The notes under the pieces: generated by a model
What the model was told of the DNA's origin: nothing
The model's input: the letters and a program-made list of their open reading frames with translations, nothing else
The model's database searches: none
Source: Fimicolochytrium jonesii
Lineage: Eukaryota
DNA: 64,000 nucleotides
Reading direction: 5' to 3'
Assembly: GCF_025526975.1 (NCBI RefSeq)
Contig: NW_026515668.1
Location: 1,116,001 to 1,180,000, forward strand
Part shown: positions 50,359 to 61,608 of the stretch, in pieces
How positions within the stretch are numbered: position 1 is the stretch's first letter
Layout of the letters: every line of letters begins with the position of its first letter
Translations under genes and position numbers: made by a program

Positions 50359-53234
50359 CGGTGATGTATGTACTAGGGTTTGCTTCTCCCCACATTTCTC
50401 CACGTCCAGGGCAATAATGATGCAAGATACTGATTTTCCGTCGTTACCCGAAATACGACAGCGCGCAGCGGCTCGTCAGACTTTTGACGGGTTCCTTTCG
50501 AATTTTGACGGGGTATAGATCGAAAGAAAAGCGACAAGCACAAAAGCGAGCACATTATTGGAATTGACAGCAGAGAAGCACATAAACTCACAGGCAGGTA
50601 GGAATCTTCCGCGCAGACGCTAGTAATGCAACCGTATATGGTTCCGAAGTCTGAAGGCGGGGATAGCGAAACTGCCCTTCTTCTATATCCCAGGGAAAGC
50701 ACTGGGAAAGCACCATCCCGTCGCGTCTCGCACTCACCCCAACGCACTACTCAGCCGCTGCTATCGATGGGAACTAGTTCTTAGCCACTCATTATGCGTC
50801 ATTATTCCATATTAATGCGTCATTATTCTACCATTGTAATTCGGCGCAGTCCAGAAAACCAAACGGAGTTTCTTTTGCTAACTCGAAACAGATGTCGGTG
50901 GACGCCCTTGAGCAAATTGTAATCGATTACCAACGCCCCCTTTTCCAGAGGGTCTTCGCCTTGCTTGGTCTCCTTCAAAAAGACGTTTGTGTCAAAGTGT
51001 ACTGAGCATCGAAAACGCAATCCGGAGACGTTCATATATCCCTCATTGGTGGACGAAAGCCATCTCGACCAAAAGTTTTGATGGATGGTTGGCCGAATGT
51101 TTCCAGCAGCGGATTTGCTTCAGCGCAACGCCGGCACTTCATGAATTCAGTCCCCAGAGTTTCAGTATCCACTGATTTCCGAGGGGCGCGACAAGGAGGC
51201 GATACCGAATGGAATGCAATTCAATCGACAAACAAACAAAAATCTGATCTGAATGTAAGTGGAACCAAATGTGCGGGGACTGCGGTGCGTTCATGTAGAA
51301 CTGCGGCCAGCGGAGTTTGTAATGGAGCAATGCGTTCTGTGAGCGACTACTGAGGGAGACCTCCCTGCGAGAGGTTCTGGTGGATGCAGTTGTCAAAGTT
51401 CTCGAATACTTTAGGAGCATCTTTGTCAAGACGCACTGGCGCTCCACAAATGCACCTCCATAGAGGTTCTGGGTCAGTACCAGCTCCTCTTCTCCATTTG
51501 CTTCAAGCACCAAAGCGCCGCATTGCTGGTCACTTCTGCCGACCGAAGGACTTCTGCCGATTTAGCTCGTCAGATTTCCCATGATCGAAGTCTTCGTGTC
51601 GTAATTGTCGTGAGGCGCCCCCACAGGTCTTTTCACAACCCGCGCATATGTGTCGTTAGTATCGGCGGGAACTCAAGGAAATGGAGTTATTCCCAGCTTC
51701 GATTACGGGCTCTAGGTCTCCATCATGGTTTGCACTGATACCCCAACTCCTCAAGAATATCAAGCGTGCTTATATGTTCTGGAAGATCAATGCCCATCTT
51801 GGGTACTCAGCCCACGAAGTCGATCTAGCGATTATGAAAATGCATGATGCCCAAGAACATGTTGAGAGTGACGGTGGCTCCACGCATTTTGACAAGAATT
51901 CGGTAACAAATTCAGCAAGAAACTGCGAGGCAGTCCGAGATTACGGGATTGTCTCATAGCGGGAAAAGGACTTCAACCCGACATCAAGGCCCAATGTTTT
52001 TTTGAACACTTGAGACTCGGAGATGTGCCCGAAACGCAACTCCATCCTTTGTTTGTCGATCTTGGAGTATCCCAGTCTTTATTGGCTTGAATCTTGGACG
52101 GGGCGATGCGAACACCACGTCACATCCGTTCACAGCGAGTCCGAGCTCATCAACCATCCGAATATCACGAGACGGACCTAATGAACGTACATCGCGCAGA
52201 TGCTGCTTCCGATGCACGCGACAAAGTCAGCGGACAAGGTGCGCTCCCGGAGCCGGAGTGCAATAGACTAATGAACCAACCACGATGGATGTTGAAACGG
52301 GGAGGGAGGGGACGAGGCGTTTTCTAACCAATTCTACAGGCAAGTGAATGAAGGATACATTCATACTGGGGACCCGCTCGAGAAACGCTCAGTGCCGCAT
52401 GGGAAGCGGCTGTGGAGAGGACCAGGCCTCTACCAAGCCCTTCCTCGGTAAAGTGAGAGGCGGGAGAACGTATAGTCTCTATAATGCAGCGCACTATGTC
52501 ACTGGCCAGCCCAATTTTGAGGTCTCTTGAGAAGGATATGTTTTGACTTGGAGACTGACTTTCCCTTAGTCAGCACGACGCGTCGAGGGGTCGCGCAGCA
52601 CTCCGCTTGTTTTGGCGCGCAAGGGCTTTTTTGGCGGGCGGATGGAAAAAAATGTGAACGAGATTAGGGAAATGGAACTGGATATATATACTAAGAGCTC
52701 GCGGTTGTTAATGGATCGGAAAAAGATTGTCTTAAGACCGTTCCTACGTATGTCATGTCACGAGGGGCTGGCTGCAACTTGCATAACCCCGAAGCAGGGT
52801 TGGGAATGTTTGGGGCCGATCCGTCTTCCGTCTACGTAAGCCCAGCTCACGCGTTGCCGCTTACTTCAAATCCCTAGAACGTCACTTGGACATGCGCTGC
52901 GTCGAAACCGATTGTAGCGTTCGCAGTACAGTATAAAGTTCGGCACGGACCACCCTCTGGTCTCTTCCGCCGCAACTTCCCACGCATCTCGATAGGTTGC
53001 GCATTCACCGTGTTCAGATAGCCGCATTTCAGTAAGACCGCCCCGCTCGCGACGATATCCTTTTCCAACTCTCGAAATCCAGGGCACAGCGTCCGGAGTC
53101 AAATTACGGAAACGCAGGAACGCGTCGCGCACACGTCCTCCGAATCCAAAGCGCGCATTCGTGGGCTCTCCCCCCCAGCGTCGGCGTCAGCGTCAGTTCA
53201 GCAATCCCGCCGTGTACATACATATATATATTCG

Positions 53235-56200
53235 ATGACGGAGTACCATACCGCCAATGGCCCATTCCCAAATCTGGGTCGAGACTCAGCTCACAAGCAC
53301 CGCCACTCTAGAGATCGAACGGAGGACCTCGAGGCTCTCAGGTGGACGCTGTCGTCCCTCCCGCTCGACAGCCACCCATCACCGTGGAGTATTGCGAAAC
53401 CAAACGCGGAGCGACAGGCATCTCATCAAGATGGAAGCCTACCGACTGTAACAACAGATACCTCCGCTCGTAGTCAGGAAGGACCGTCGGCGTCACCGTC
53501 AACGGTAGGCAAATCGCTTGATCAGCTACCCAAGTCCTTCGAAAGACCGACGTCTCTTGGCTCCCCGGATTTGCTCCCCGCATCGCGGTATTCGGCGATC
53601 GTCAAAGCTGCTGTAACAATTCAGCGCGCATTTCGGCGGAGAAAAGCTCAGCAACTCCCGCAAATCGCCGCCGCTGTCAAGATACAAGCCGCAGTTCGAT
53701 CTCATCTGACAAGAAAACAGGTAAATTGGCGAGAAATCGGCTTACTTGAGCATTCTAATGTGATTTCTCAATCTGAAATGGCTTCTCTTTCAGATCCTTT
53801 TGCAGATTCACGCCCAGAATGCTGTTCTCCACAGGGAGCTCGCGGAGAGGAATGCCTTCATCTCTCGGCACGCTGTGGAACTCACAATGCGGAACAACAT
53901 GATCGAGCAGTTCGGAAAGGTAGATTCTTGATCTCGTTGCTCACTTCTTCGTCTAAAGGAGTTGAAAAGACTGAAACCTCGTTGCCCAAACTAGACGATT
54001 GCCAACTTGCGTCGGCATGTGGCAGACACCTCCTCTTCTTACGAAATAAAATTGGACGTAAAGGAGAAGCAAGTGGAGCAGCTTGATCGCGATCTGCAGA
54101 CTGCACTTCGAGAGTCCAACGAGCTCAAGCTTAGCCTGGAGGCCAATGCTGCAGAATACGCAAAAATGGCCTGGGAGATGAAAGACCAGAGCTTCCACGG
54201 ATCTCACATTAGCCAGGTGAGCTTTTTGTCATCATTGCCCGGAGCCGTTTCATCCCTGCCTTACTATATATGACCCCGCTTTCGCTCAGTATAACGGCGA
54301 CATACAACGCGAGTTAGAAAGCGTGCGATGTGAGCTCTCAGAGACCAGATCATATAGAGCAGCGGACAACATCAGACTATCTTTGAAAAATAAAGAGATA
54401 CAGGAACTCCGCGGGCAGATGAAAGAAGTGCGGCGCTCCCTTGAAGCCGAGCTGGCAACGAAGAATACCGAGATCGACGAGCTCCGCATCAGAATATCCC
54501 GTCTGCAAACCCAGCATGGCCCGCCACCACTGACCCCACTTGATACCGACCTACCGCCTCGTGCCCCTTCCTCGGCCAGCGCTCACAACCCTCCCTCAGG
54601 TTCCGTCAAATCGATTTGGGGCAGTTCAGATCAACATGTGCACCCATTCGGACTGTATTCGCACGATGTACGTAGTGGCAAACGCGGGTTGGGTGCTGTT
54701 ATTCACTTCAAATCGGACTGCCGGTCTAATCAATGTCTATCTTTGGCACAGCAAATGTCGTCGGACACTCTGTACAGCAATGGCAGTAGCAAGGGCAGCA
54801 CCCCAATAATCGAACATGGACCGGCCTCATTCAAATCCTACAACATGAATGACAATGCAGTGAATGGCAGAGGAATATGGAACCCGATTGCGTGCGACTT
54901 GGATTTCTTGAACATGTCCCCCGCCATGGTACCCATGTCGGCGGAGGTAAGAGATGCCACCGATATACTTTTCGAAATTCGAGATTGCTCATGCGTTTCA
55001 CAGTCCTTGGCAGACATTTATGGGGATGCACCTCATTCGCGGGGAGGGGATGGCATGGGCGATGCCGAAGATTTTTCTCAATATGGGCAGAACGCCTTGA
55101 GTACAAGACTCGTGCCTGGAGCGCAAGAAAAAAACACGTCCGCAAACTTTTATGTATGGTGCAGGTTGTCGTTTCAATCAAAGCGCGTTCTTGCTTACCC
55201 TCCACGTTGTAGTATCTTGTGGACAAAATCGTGCGCACGAATGATCAGCCGGCCTCCCTTCTCCTTCAGCAAAAGCTCAAAACTGGTGGCACCGACGTCA
55301 AGAACATGATTTTCGATGCTATCTTGGGACAAGCTATTAGTCTTATTAAGAACCGCTTCGGAAACTTCTTGATGCAGAGAGTCCTTGAATTTGGTGAGTG
55401 ATGCCCTGTCTTGTCCTGAAGTCTTCATGACCCTATAGCGTGTGTTAACAGCGCTTTTGTTGCACATCTAGGTACGCCACAGCAAGTGCGTGTACTGGGT
55501 CAAACCTTGCGGGGCAATGTATTATGCCTCGCTTGTGATCGTTTCGGCTGTCATGTGGTGCAGAAGGTAAGACAACTGACAACCTGAATTATCTTATCGA
55601 GCACTCAAATGCTAATGACAGCCTTTCTCAACGATCCAGGCTTTGGATACAGTGGACGAGGACCTGAAAACCCTTTTAATCTCCGAACTATTCCGTTGTG
55701 TGAGGGAAACCATAACGCACAGATTTGCATGTCACGTTTGGCAACGCATATTTCAAATCAAGTGGAGCGGGGAACCCCCGGCCGTCATGCACTATCTGGA
55801 TGCGGCGTTGAAGGGGCAATGGCATCTCATCGCGAACGATGAGAACGGTAGTTTGGTTGTTCAATGCATCTTCGAGAATTGCGGCCAAAAAGAAAAAGGA
55901 CCTATCCTTTGCGAAGTATTATCAAGAACGGTCGAGGTCGCAAGAGGTAAGCCAGGCCGGAAGATGGGGAAGTTAGAGAATGGCCTTCCTTCGTGGACCA
56001 TGTGCTGATCAAGGTTGGCGAACTCTAGGACAATGGGGAAACTGGGTCATTCAACACATTCTAGAGCACGGAGCTCCGGTGGACCGCAACTATGTGATGA
56101 CCATTCTGGTACACAACTTCTTCCCGATGGCGATCGATCAATACGCCAGCAAAGTCGTGGAGAAGGGTTTGAAGCTTGCGCCGAAAAGGGAAATGTATGA

Positions 56201-56615
56201 GATGATAGAGACAGTTCTGTCCCCCGGCGGAGGAGGGTAAGTGACTGCATCAAACAAATTGGCACCGACGATGCCCATCTGACGCTCGTTCATCGAACTG
56301 ATTGGGCCTCGTTGCAGTCGTCCGACGATTCTCGAAATGATGAATAATCAGTTCGCCAACTACGTTGTCCAGCACATTCTCAACCTTGCGGATCCATTGC
56401 AAAAGGACATATGCGTGCGCTTGCTTCTCCCTCATGTTTCAACTCTGAGAAACTCCAAGTACGGACAGCGAGTAGCCGCCATAGTTGAAAAGCACATTCG
56501 GAACAGTCATCAGAAGTTTGGTCTCGGAGCAACTTCGGCCGCAGCAGGGTTGATTCCTTCCTCTCTTACCATGGGTATCACTGCTTCATCACACTCCATT
56601 GGGCTCCGTGGGTGA
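53235..56615 (+). CDS. Pumilio/PUF RNA-binding protein with two N-terminal IQ motifs and a coiled coil; multi-exon
   Basis: IQ motifs AAVTIQRAFRRRK and AAVKIQAAVRSHLTRK. Eight PUF repeats: QPASLLLQ, RFGNFLMQ, RFGCHVVQ, RFACHVWQ, ENGSLVVQ, QWGNWVIQ, QYASKVVE and QFANYVVQ. Confidence 0.88.
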
Positions 56616-57043
56616 ACGAAACGCGCCAGAACCGTGAATTTAAACATGCAGCCGACCGAGGGAAGGACTGATTATCAGGATTTTCTCAACGACCTTGAAT
56701 TTACATCGGCTCCGGGTCTGATGCCGGATTATATCCTTTTGGAAAGGATGAAACCGTGTCTCACCCATGACAATCCGATGCCTTTTTGGACTTATAGATA
56801 TCATTTCCCACCTTCCTACCCTTATGTGCTTATATAACTTAATATTGTACGTATCGAAAGCACTGTACCAAACAAAGAACACCCTTACACCATATGGGGA
56901 TGCCAGATGCCGTTTGGGCAGGCATCTTTTGCTAACGACTTCATCAGAAACACACTTGAAACAGATGAATCTAGCTCGACATGATGACTGGAGACTCAGA
57001 GGCTTCGAGACTTATGGTGGGTAAGTTCACGGGAGAGAACTAC

Positions 57044-57261
57044 TGTAATGAGGTGCGACACGTGCCTTTAGCTAATAGGTTCACACCGAGATGATCGTAG
57101 ACACGCAGGGATTAGCCCCGTGGGTCGTGTGAAAGTAAGGCTTGCGGCTTGAGGGTATAACAGGCCCGGGCTGCTGTCAGAGTAGGTTTAGAGGATAGGA
57201 TTTTAGAGAAGGAGAGAAGAGATATACATTAGCCTCTGGCAACAGACCTAGGATCATTACA
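57044..57261 (+). mobile_element. LTR-A (218 bp) of a tRNA-primed LTR retroelement
   Basis: Perfect 8-bp inverted termini TGTAATGA...TCATTACA, immediately followed by the PBS TGGTAGCACCACCT (57262-57275). Confidence 0.8.
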
Positions 57262-57318
57262 TGGTAGCACCACCTCACGGAGATATCGAGATTTTACCCC
57301 GGCAACCTTCACAACTCG

Positions 57319-57939
57319 GTGGAGGCTAAATTAGCCTCTCTTAAGTTCGAGGACAGCATGTCGGACTGCATCTTGGCATTCAACGCACTCACCTCCCAGA
57401 TTGCTATCCTCCCGGAAAGGGAACACCTAACCCCAAGACACGAATGTGAGTTCTTTCTCAACGGGCTCACCTTCCGCCAGTTCGGAAGGCGGATTTGTGA
57501 ACACTGTTACCAAATCATACTCCAGCAGGGAGACAAGGACGAGAGAATCCCCATCAAAACCCTGCAGGAGGCCGCCCAGTGCGCCTTCCGCATCCAGGGT
57601 TATGCCGACAGGATCGCACACCTCTTGGAGACTGGTAAATGCCTCCCCACGAATGCTAACCCTGCGCAGGCTCAACCCAGCAGACGGAATGAACCTCGCC
57701 ACATGAATGTTAACTGGGTACCTCTGGGCCGTAACCAAAAAGCACAATCGGGTGAGTGCCACACCTGCGGAAGGAGGGAGCACTACGCATGCGCATGCCG
57801 GAAGAACCCAGACAGACCCCTGGTATCAGCAGCACCAGCAGAGATCTCCGAGGTGGAGGACAAATTCCATTCAGCCATGGAGGAACCACCGAGCCCACAG
57901 GAACCCATCAGCAGTGTGAATTTTCACTCCCGGGCCTGA
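57319..57939 (+). pseudogene. Truncated gag-like ORF with a CCHC zinc knuckle
   Basis: CHTCGRREHYACAC knuckle, downstream of an LTR and PBS. There is no ATG start or N-terminal capsid part, and no pol follows. Confidence 0.7.
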
Positions 57940-58005
57940 GTACCTACACTCCGGGGGGATCCACACTGCCCCAGCTGCAGGACACCATCCCGGGATAGTA
58001 TCTAT

Positions 58006-58609
58006 TGCCACGTCTGTCTGGGATATCTCATCTTCACTTGTATTCCATATTATATCTCTTTATTTCTACTTGATCCGAGACCCGGGCTGGCCACCCGAGC
58101 TCTTGGTGATACATTACATAAGGCGCCAAGCCTCACGGAAGCCACGCAAGCCCCACTGGCAGCCGATATAAAAAACTGTCAGTCGAGCGGCCGCTGCGAA
58201 GAGCTTCTTACTTTTTTCTTCACTACAATATACTGCTCTCAGCCCTCTCAGAAGGGCCCAATATTGTTTACGTTTCCTCTGACGTTACATGGTAGCACCA
58301 CCTACCGCTAGCATCACCAAGACATTCCTTGTCAACGTCGCCCCTCTACCGGACGTCGCCCTTACACTCGTTCACAAGCGAGAATGGACCAACAAACTCA
58401 AGCTATCGTTGCGGCTGTCGCAGCTGCTTTCGCTACTCGGGAGCGTGCTGTTACACAAGACACCCAACGAGCCGAACGTTTCAGACTTCTTATGGACGCT
58501 CGCAAGAACAAGCTTGTCGAATACGATGGCGCTAAAGCTGCCAAAAAGATCGAAGAGTTTGTTACGTCTCACAGCAACTTCCTCGAGTCTCTCACTGTCC
58601 CGGCTGTAC
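58006..58609 (+). mobile_element. LTR-B, PBS and gag N-terminus of a second tRNA-primed element, interrupted by the chromovirus insertion
   Basis: ...GACGTTACA is followed by the same PBS TGGTAGCACCACCT (58290-58303), with TATAAA near 58168. The ORF MDQQTQAIVAAV...EYDGAK... is cut at 58609. The left boundary is uncertain. Confidence 0.65.
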
Positions 58610-59149
58610 TGTTATGGACGACGCGCCCATACCATAAGCTTACCTACTGACAGCCGCCGATGTCAACCGCCAGATGTCAAACGCCAATGTCAATGTCGAT
58701 GTCAGGGTCAATGTCAGTGTCAATGTCAATGCCAATGCCACTCCCCCTCTCTCCTCTCATTTCGCCAATCCTCCCGCAATATCGCCACTCCTCCTCTCTC
58801 CTCTCATTTCGCCAATCCCCCCTCGGCTTCTCCACACCCCCCACTACTTCCCCATAGCCAGCAGCTGTAGCAATGCTCTCTACGCTCGCCACGCACGCTC
58901 TAGGAGCATAGCTGGCGCCCCTCCCAGTCCCCTCTTGTTGTTGTTGTTATCTGATCTGCTGGGTTGCCTATCTATAAATAGCCTGCCTCTCTTCGTCCAT
59001 TCCCTTCCTCCCCAGCAGATCAACACCGATTCTTCTCATCTCCTGTTCTAGTCCTTGTTTCTTGTTTTGCCAATACAATCTCTTGTTGCCTATCACCCTC
59101 GCCTTGTCTTCTCTGCTTTGCTTCCGCCCCCGTCGTCGAGATCATAACA
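58610..59149 (+). mobile_element. LTR1 (540 bp) of a Ty3/gypsy chromovirus
   Basis: TGTTATG...CATAACA termini, an internal (TGTCAA)n tract, TATAAATA at 58973-58980, and a near-identical copy at 61609-62148. Confidence 0.95.
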
Positions 59150-59218
59150 GTTTGATCTGCTCCAACACTGCGAAGTTCAAAACCTGTCCAGCCCTGCATC
59201 CGACAAACCTTTTTCGCC

Positions 59219-60217
59219 ATGTCCCAACCCGAATCCGTACCTTTCACCGCCAAGCAATGGAACGATATGTGCCAAGCCATCGCCGCCTTGCAAAGCCAAA
59301 ACGCCAACTTGCAGGCCAACCTAGCACAAGCCCAAGCCGACGCACAAGCTGCCCAGAGCATCGCCGCCCAGGTTCAAACCGATACGTACACCCGTCCCCA
59401 AGTCGCCAACCCAGCTCTGGAGCCAAGAATCAGCTCGCCTGAGAAGTTTGATGGTACCCGCAGCAAATTCCGTGGGTGGTTGAACAACATCCAGTTGATG
59501 TTTGCTCTCCAGCCCGACCGCTACCCCAGCGACATCATCAAGATCCAAATGATTGGCACCTACCTCACCGGCACTGCGCAAGCCTGGATGGCGCCCCTAG
59601 TCGAACGCCAAGATCACAGCCTTCAGAACTTCGATAGATTTATCGGTCAGATGCAATCTGTCTTCGGAGACAACGACAGGGTCCGCACCTCTGAGAACAA
59701 GCTCCAGAACCTTTGCCAAACCCGTGCAGCCACCGAGTACGTCGCCGAGTTCCGCCAGCTACAATGCAATGTCTCCTGGAATGACCAGGCCCTGATTGCT
59801 ACCTTCCGCCGTGGCCTCAAAGAGGACGTCAAGGATCTGATGCTCACGGTGCCTCCTGCTGCCACCATCGATACGGTGATGGAGCAGGGTATCCAGTGCG
59901 ATAACCAACTGTTTGAGCGCCGCCTGGAACAAAACAGAACCCGCCAGACCTTCCCACTTCCCCATACCTCGTTTCCCACTACCACCACCGTCGACCACAG
60001 CGAGCCCATGCAGATTGACGCCGCTTGTCCCCGCGGCCCTCTGTGCCCCCAGGAACGCCAACGCCGCATTTCCAACAACCTCTGCCTCTACTGCGGTGGC
60101 GCGGGGCACATTGCAAAGGCCTGCCCAGCCAAGAACAAGACCACCTCCCGTGCCGCCAACGTCGACATCAAGGAAACCTCCACGAAGCAGGGTTTTCCCA
60201 AGGTCCAGCCGCAGTAA
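59219..60217 (+). CDS. gag: Ty3/gypsy Gag (capsid and CCHC nucleocapsid)
   Basis: PEKFDGTRSKFRGWL, YVAEFRQL, FRRGLKEDVKD, EPMQID and CLYCGGAGHIAKAC. Confidence 0.93.
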   Translation: MSQPESVPFTAKQWNDMCQAIAALQSQNANLQANLAQAQADAQAAQSIAAQVQTDTYTRPQVANPALEPRISSPEKFDGTRSKFRGWLNNIQLMFALQPDRYPSDIIKIQMIGTYLTGTAQAWMAPLVERQDHSLQNFDRFIGQMQSVFGDNDRVRTSENKLQNLCQTRAATEYVAEFRQLQCNVSWNDQALIATFRRGLKEDVKDLMLTVPPAATIDTVMEQGIQCDNQLFERRLEQNRTRQTFPLPHTSFPTTTTVDHSEPMQIDAACPRGPLCPQERQRRISNNLCLYCGGAGHIAKACPAKNKTTSRAANVDIKETSTKQGFPKVQPQ

Positions 60218-61582
60218 AGCCACAGCGACTGGACAACACACACTCCTCCGGGCCTCCTAACCTCGCAGCTCCTGCAACAGAAGAGGCCACCCCCCCGGTT
60301 CCCGACTCCGTTATAGCCAACACAACCCTCTTAGCCGTCGCCCATGTCGAAAACTTCGAAATTAACCCACGCACCCTGCTTGCGCTGGGTCCCGTCAAAC
60401 CCTTCTACTACCCCGTTACCATCATGGTATCACCCAGCCGCGCCCCGATACCTACCTCAGCCATGAACGACAACGGGGCCCTGTCGTGCTTCATCGACAG
60501 AGACTTTGCCCGCAAACACCGCATCCCCCTAGTCCCGCATCAGCGTCCCCTGACGAAGAACTCGTTGACGGACAACCCAGCTCTGCTGGGCCCATCACCC
60601 ATCACACCCAACCAGTAGGCATGTGGGTCAACGACCACTTCGAAGAACTCGTCTTCCATGTCACCAAATCACCCCACGCTCCAATCCTCCTTGGTCTCCC
60701 TTGGCTCTGCCTCCACGACATTAACCTTGACTTCAAGAACCTTCCAGTCGGTTTCCATTGCGACTGTCAGTACCATGAATTTGCGAATTGGGACCATCCT
60801 CCAGCACCCCCAGCCCAGCACCCGCCAGAACCCCCAAGCCCTTGATCCGCATCCCTCAGGATGAAGTCCCTGTCGACAAAACATGGTCGATTCCAGTACC
60901 CAAGGTATCTCGCTCCAGCACCCCAGAACCGGCTCCCACGCCGCTCCGAGTCTTGTTCATCTCTGCCCCAGCCTTCCGGGTGGCAGCAAGGCATGACCAG
61001 GTCTTTGTCGCCTACGCCAACCCTGCAAAACCCGATCTCCCGGCCTCGCCTAGCCCCAGTAACCCCCCGACACCTGAGAAAGACATCAAAGACTTCCTGC
61101 CTCCCGAGTATCAAGACTTTGCCGTCGTTTTTGAAACGAGAAATGCTGACACTCTCCCCGAGCACCCACCCTACGACTGTCCAATTGATCCGGAAGAAGG
61201 CAAACAGCCACCTTTTGGCCCGATCTACAGCCTCGGCAAACCAGAAATGAACGCACTCTGCGAATACCTCGAAGAAAACGTCGCCAAAGGATTCATCAAA
61301 CCCTCAAAGTCCCCTGCCGGAGCGCCAGTCTTATTTGTGAAGAAAAAGCACGGTTCTCTCCGCCTCTTCGTCGATTATCGGGGCCTGAAGAGCATCACAG
61401 TGAAGAATCGCTACCCCCTGCTCCTGATCAACGGTATCATGGACGTTTGCGCGGCGCTCGCCGTCTCACCAAGATCAACCTCCGCAGCGCTTATAACCTG
61501 TTACGCATGCGCCCGGGCGATGAATGGAAGACCGCCTTCCGCTGCCGCTACGGCCTATTCAAATACAACATTATGCCCTTTG
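60190..61582 (+). pseudogene. pol: Degenerate pol: protease and N-terminal reverse transcriptase, frameshifted and truncated at MPF(G)
   Basis: AMNDNGALSCFID (degenerate DSGA), [47 protein letters not shown] and [20 protein letters not shown] are spread over different frames. Confidence 0.9.
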
Positions 61583-61608
61583 TGTTATGATCTCGACGAC
61601 GGGGGGGG

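Noticed and set aside
50790..50830. Short duplication ATGCGTCATTATTC
   Set aside because: Two copies of 14 bp in intergenic DNA, compatible with ordinary slippage.
50800..52330. Several short ORFs between the KGG genes and the PUF gene
   Set aside because: No coherent exon chain or known motif could be assembled by eye.
58660..58900. MSMSMS / NVNVNV / IDIDID ORFs
   Set aside because: Translations of the (TGTCAA)n tract inside the LTR.
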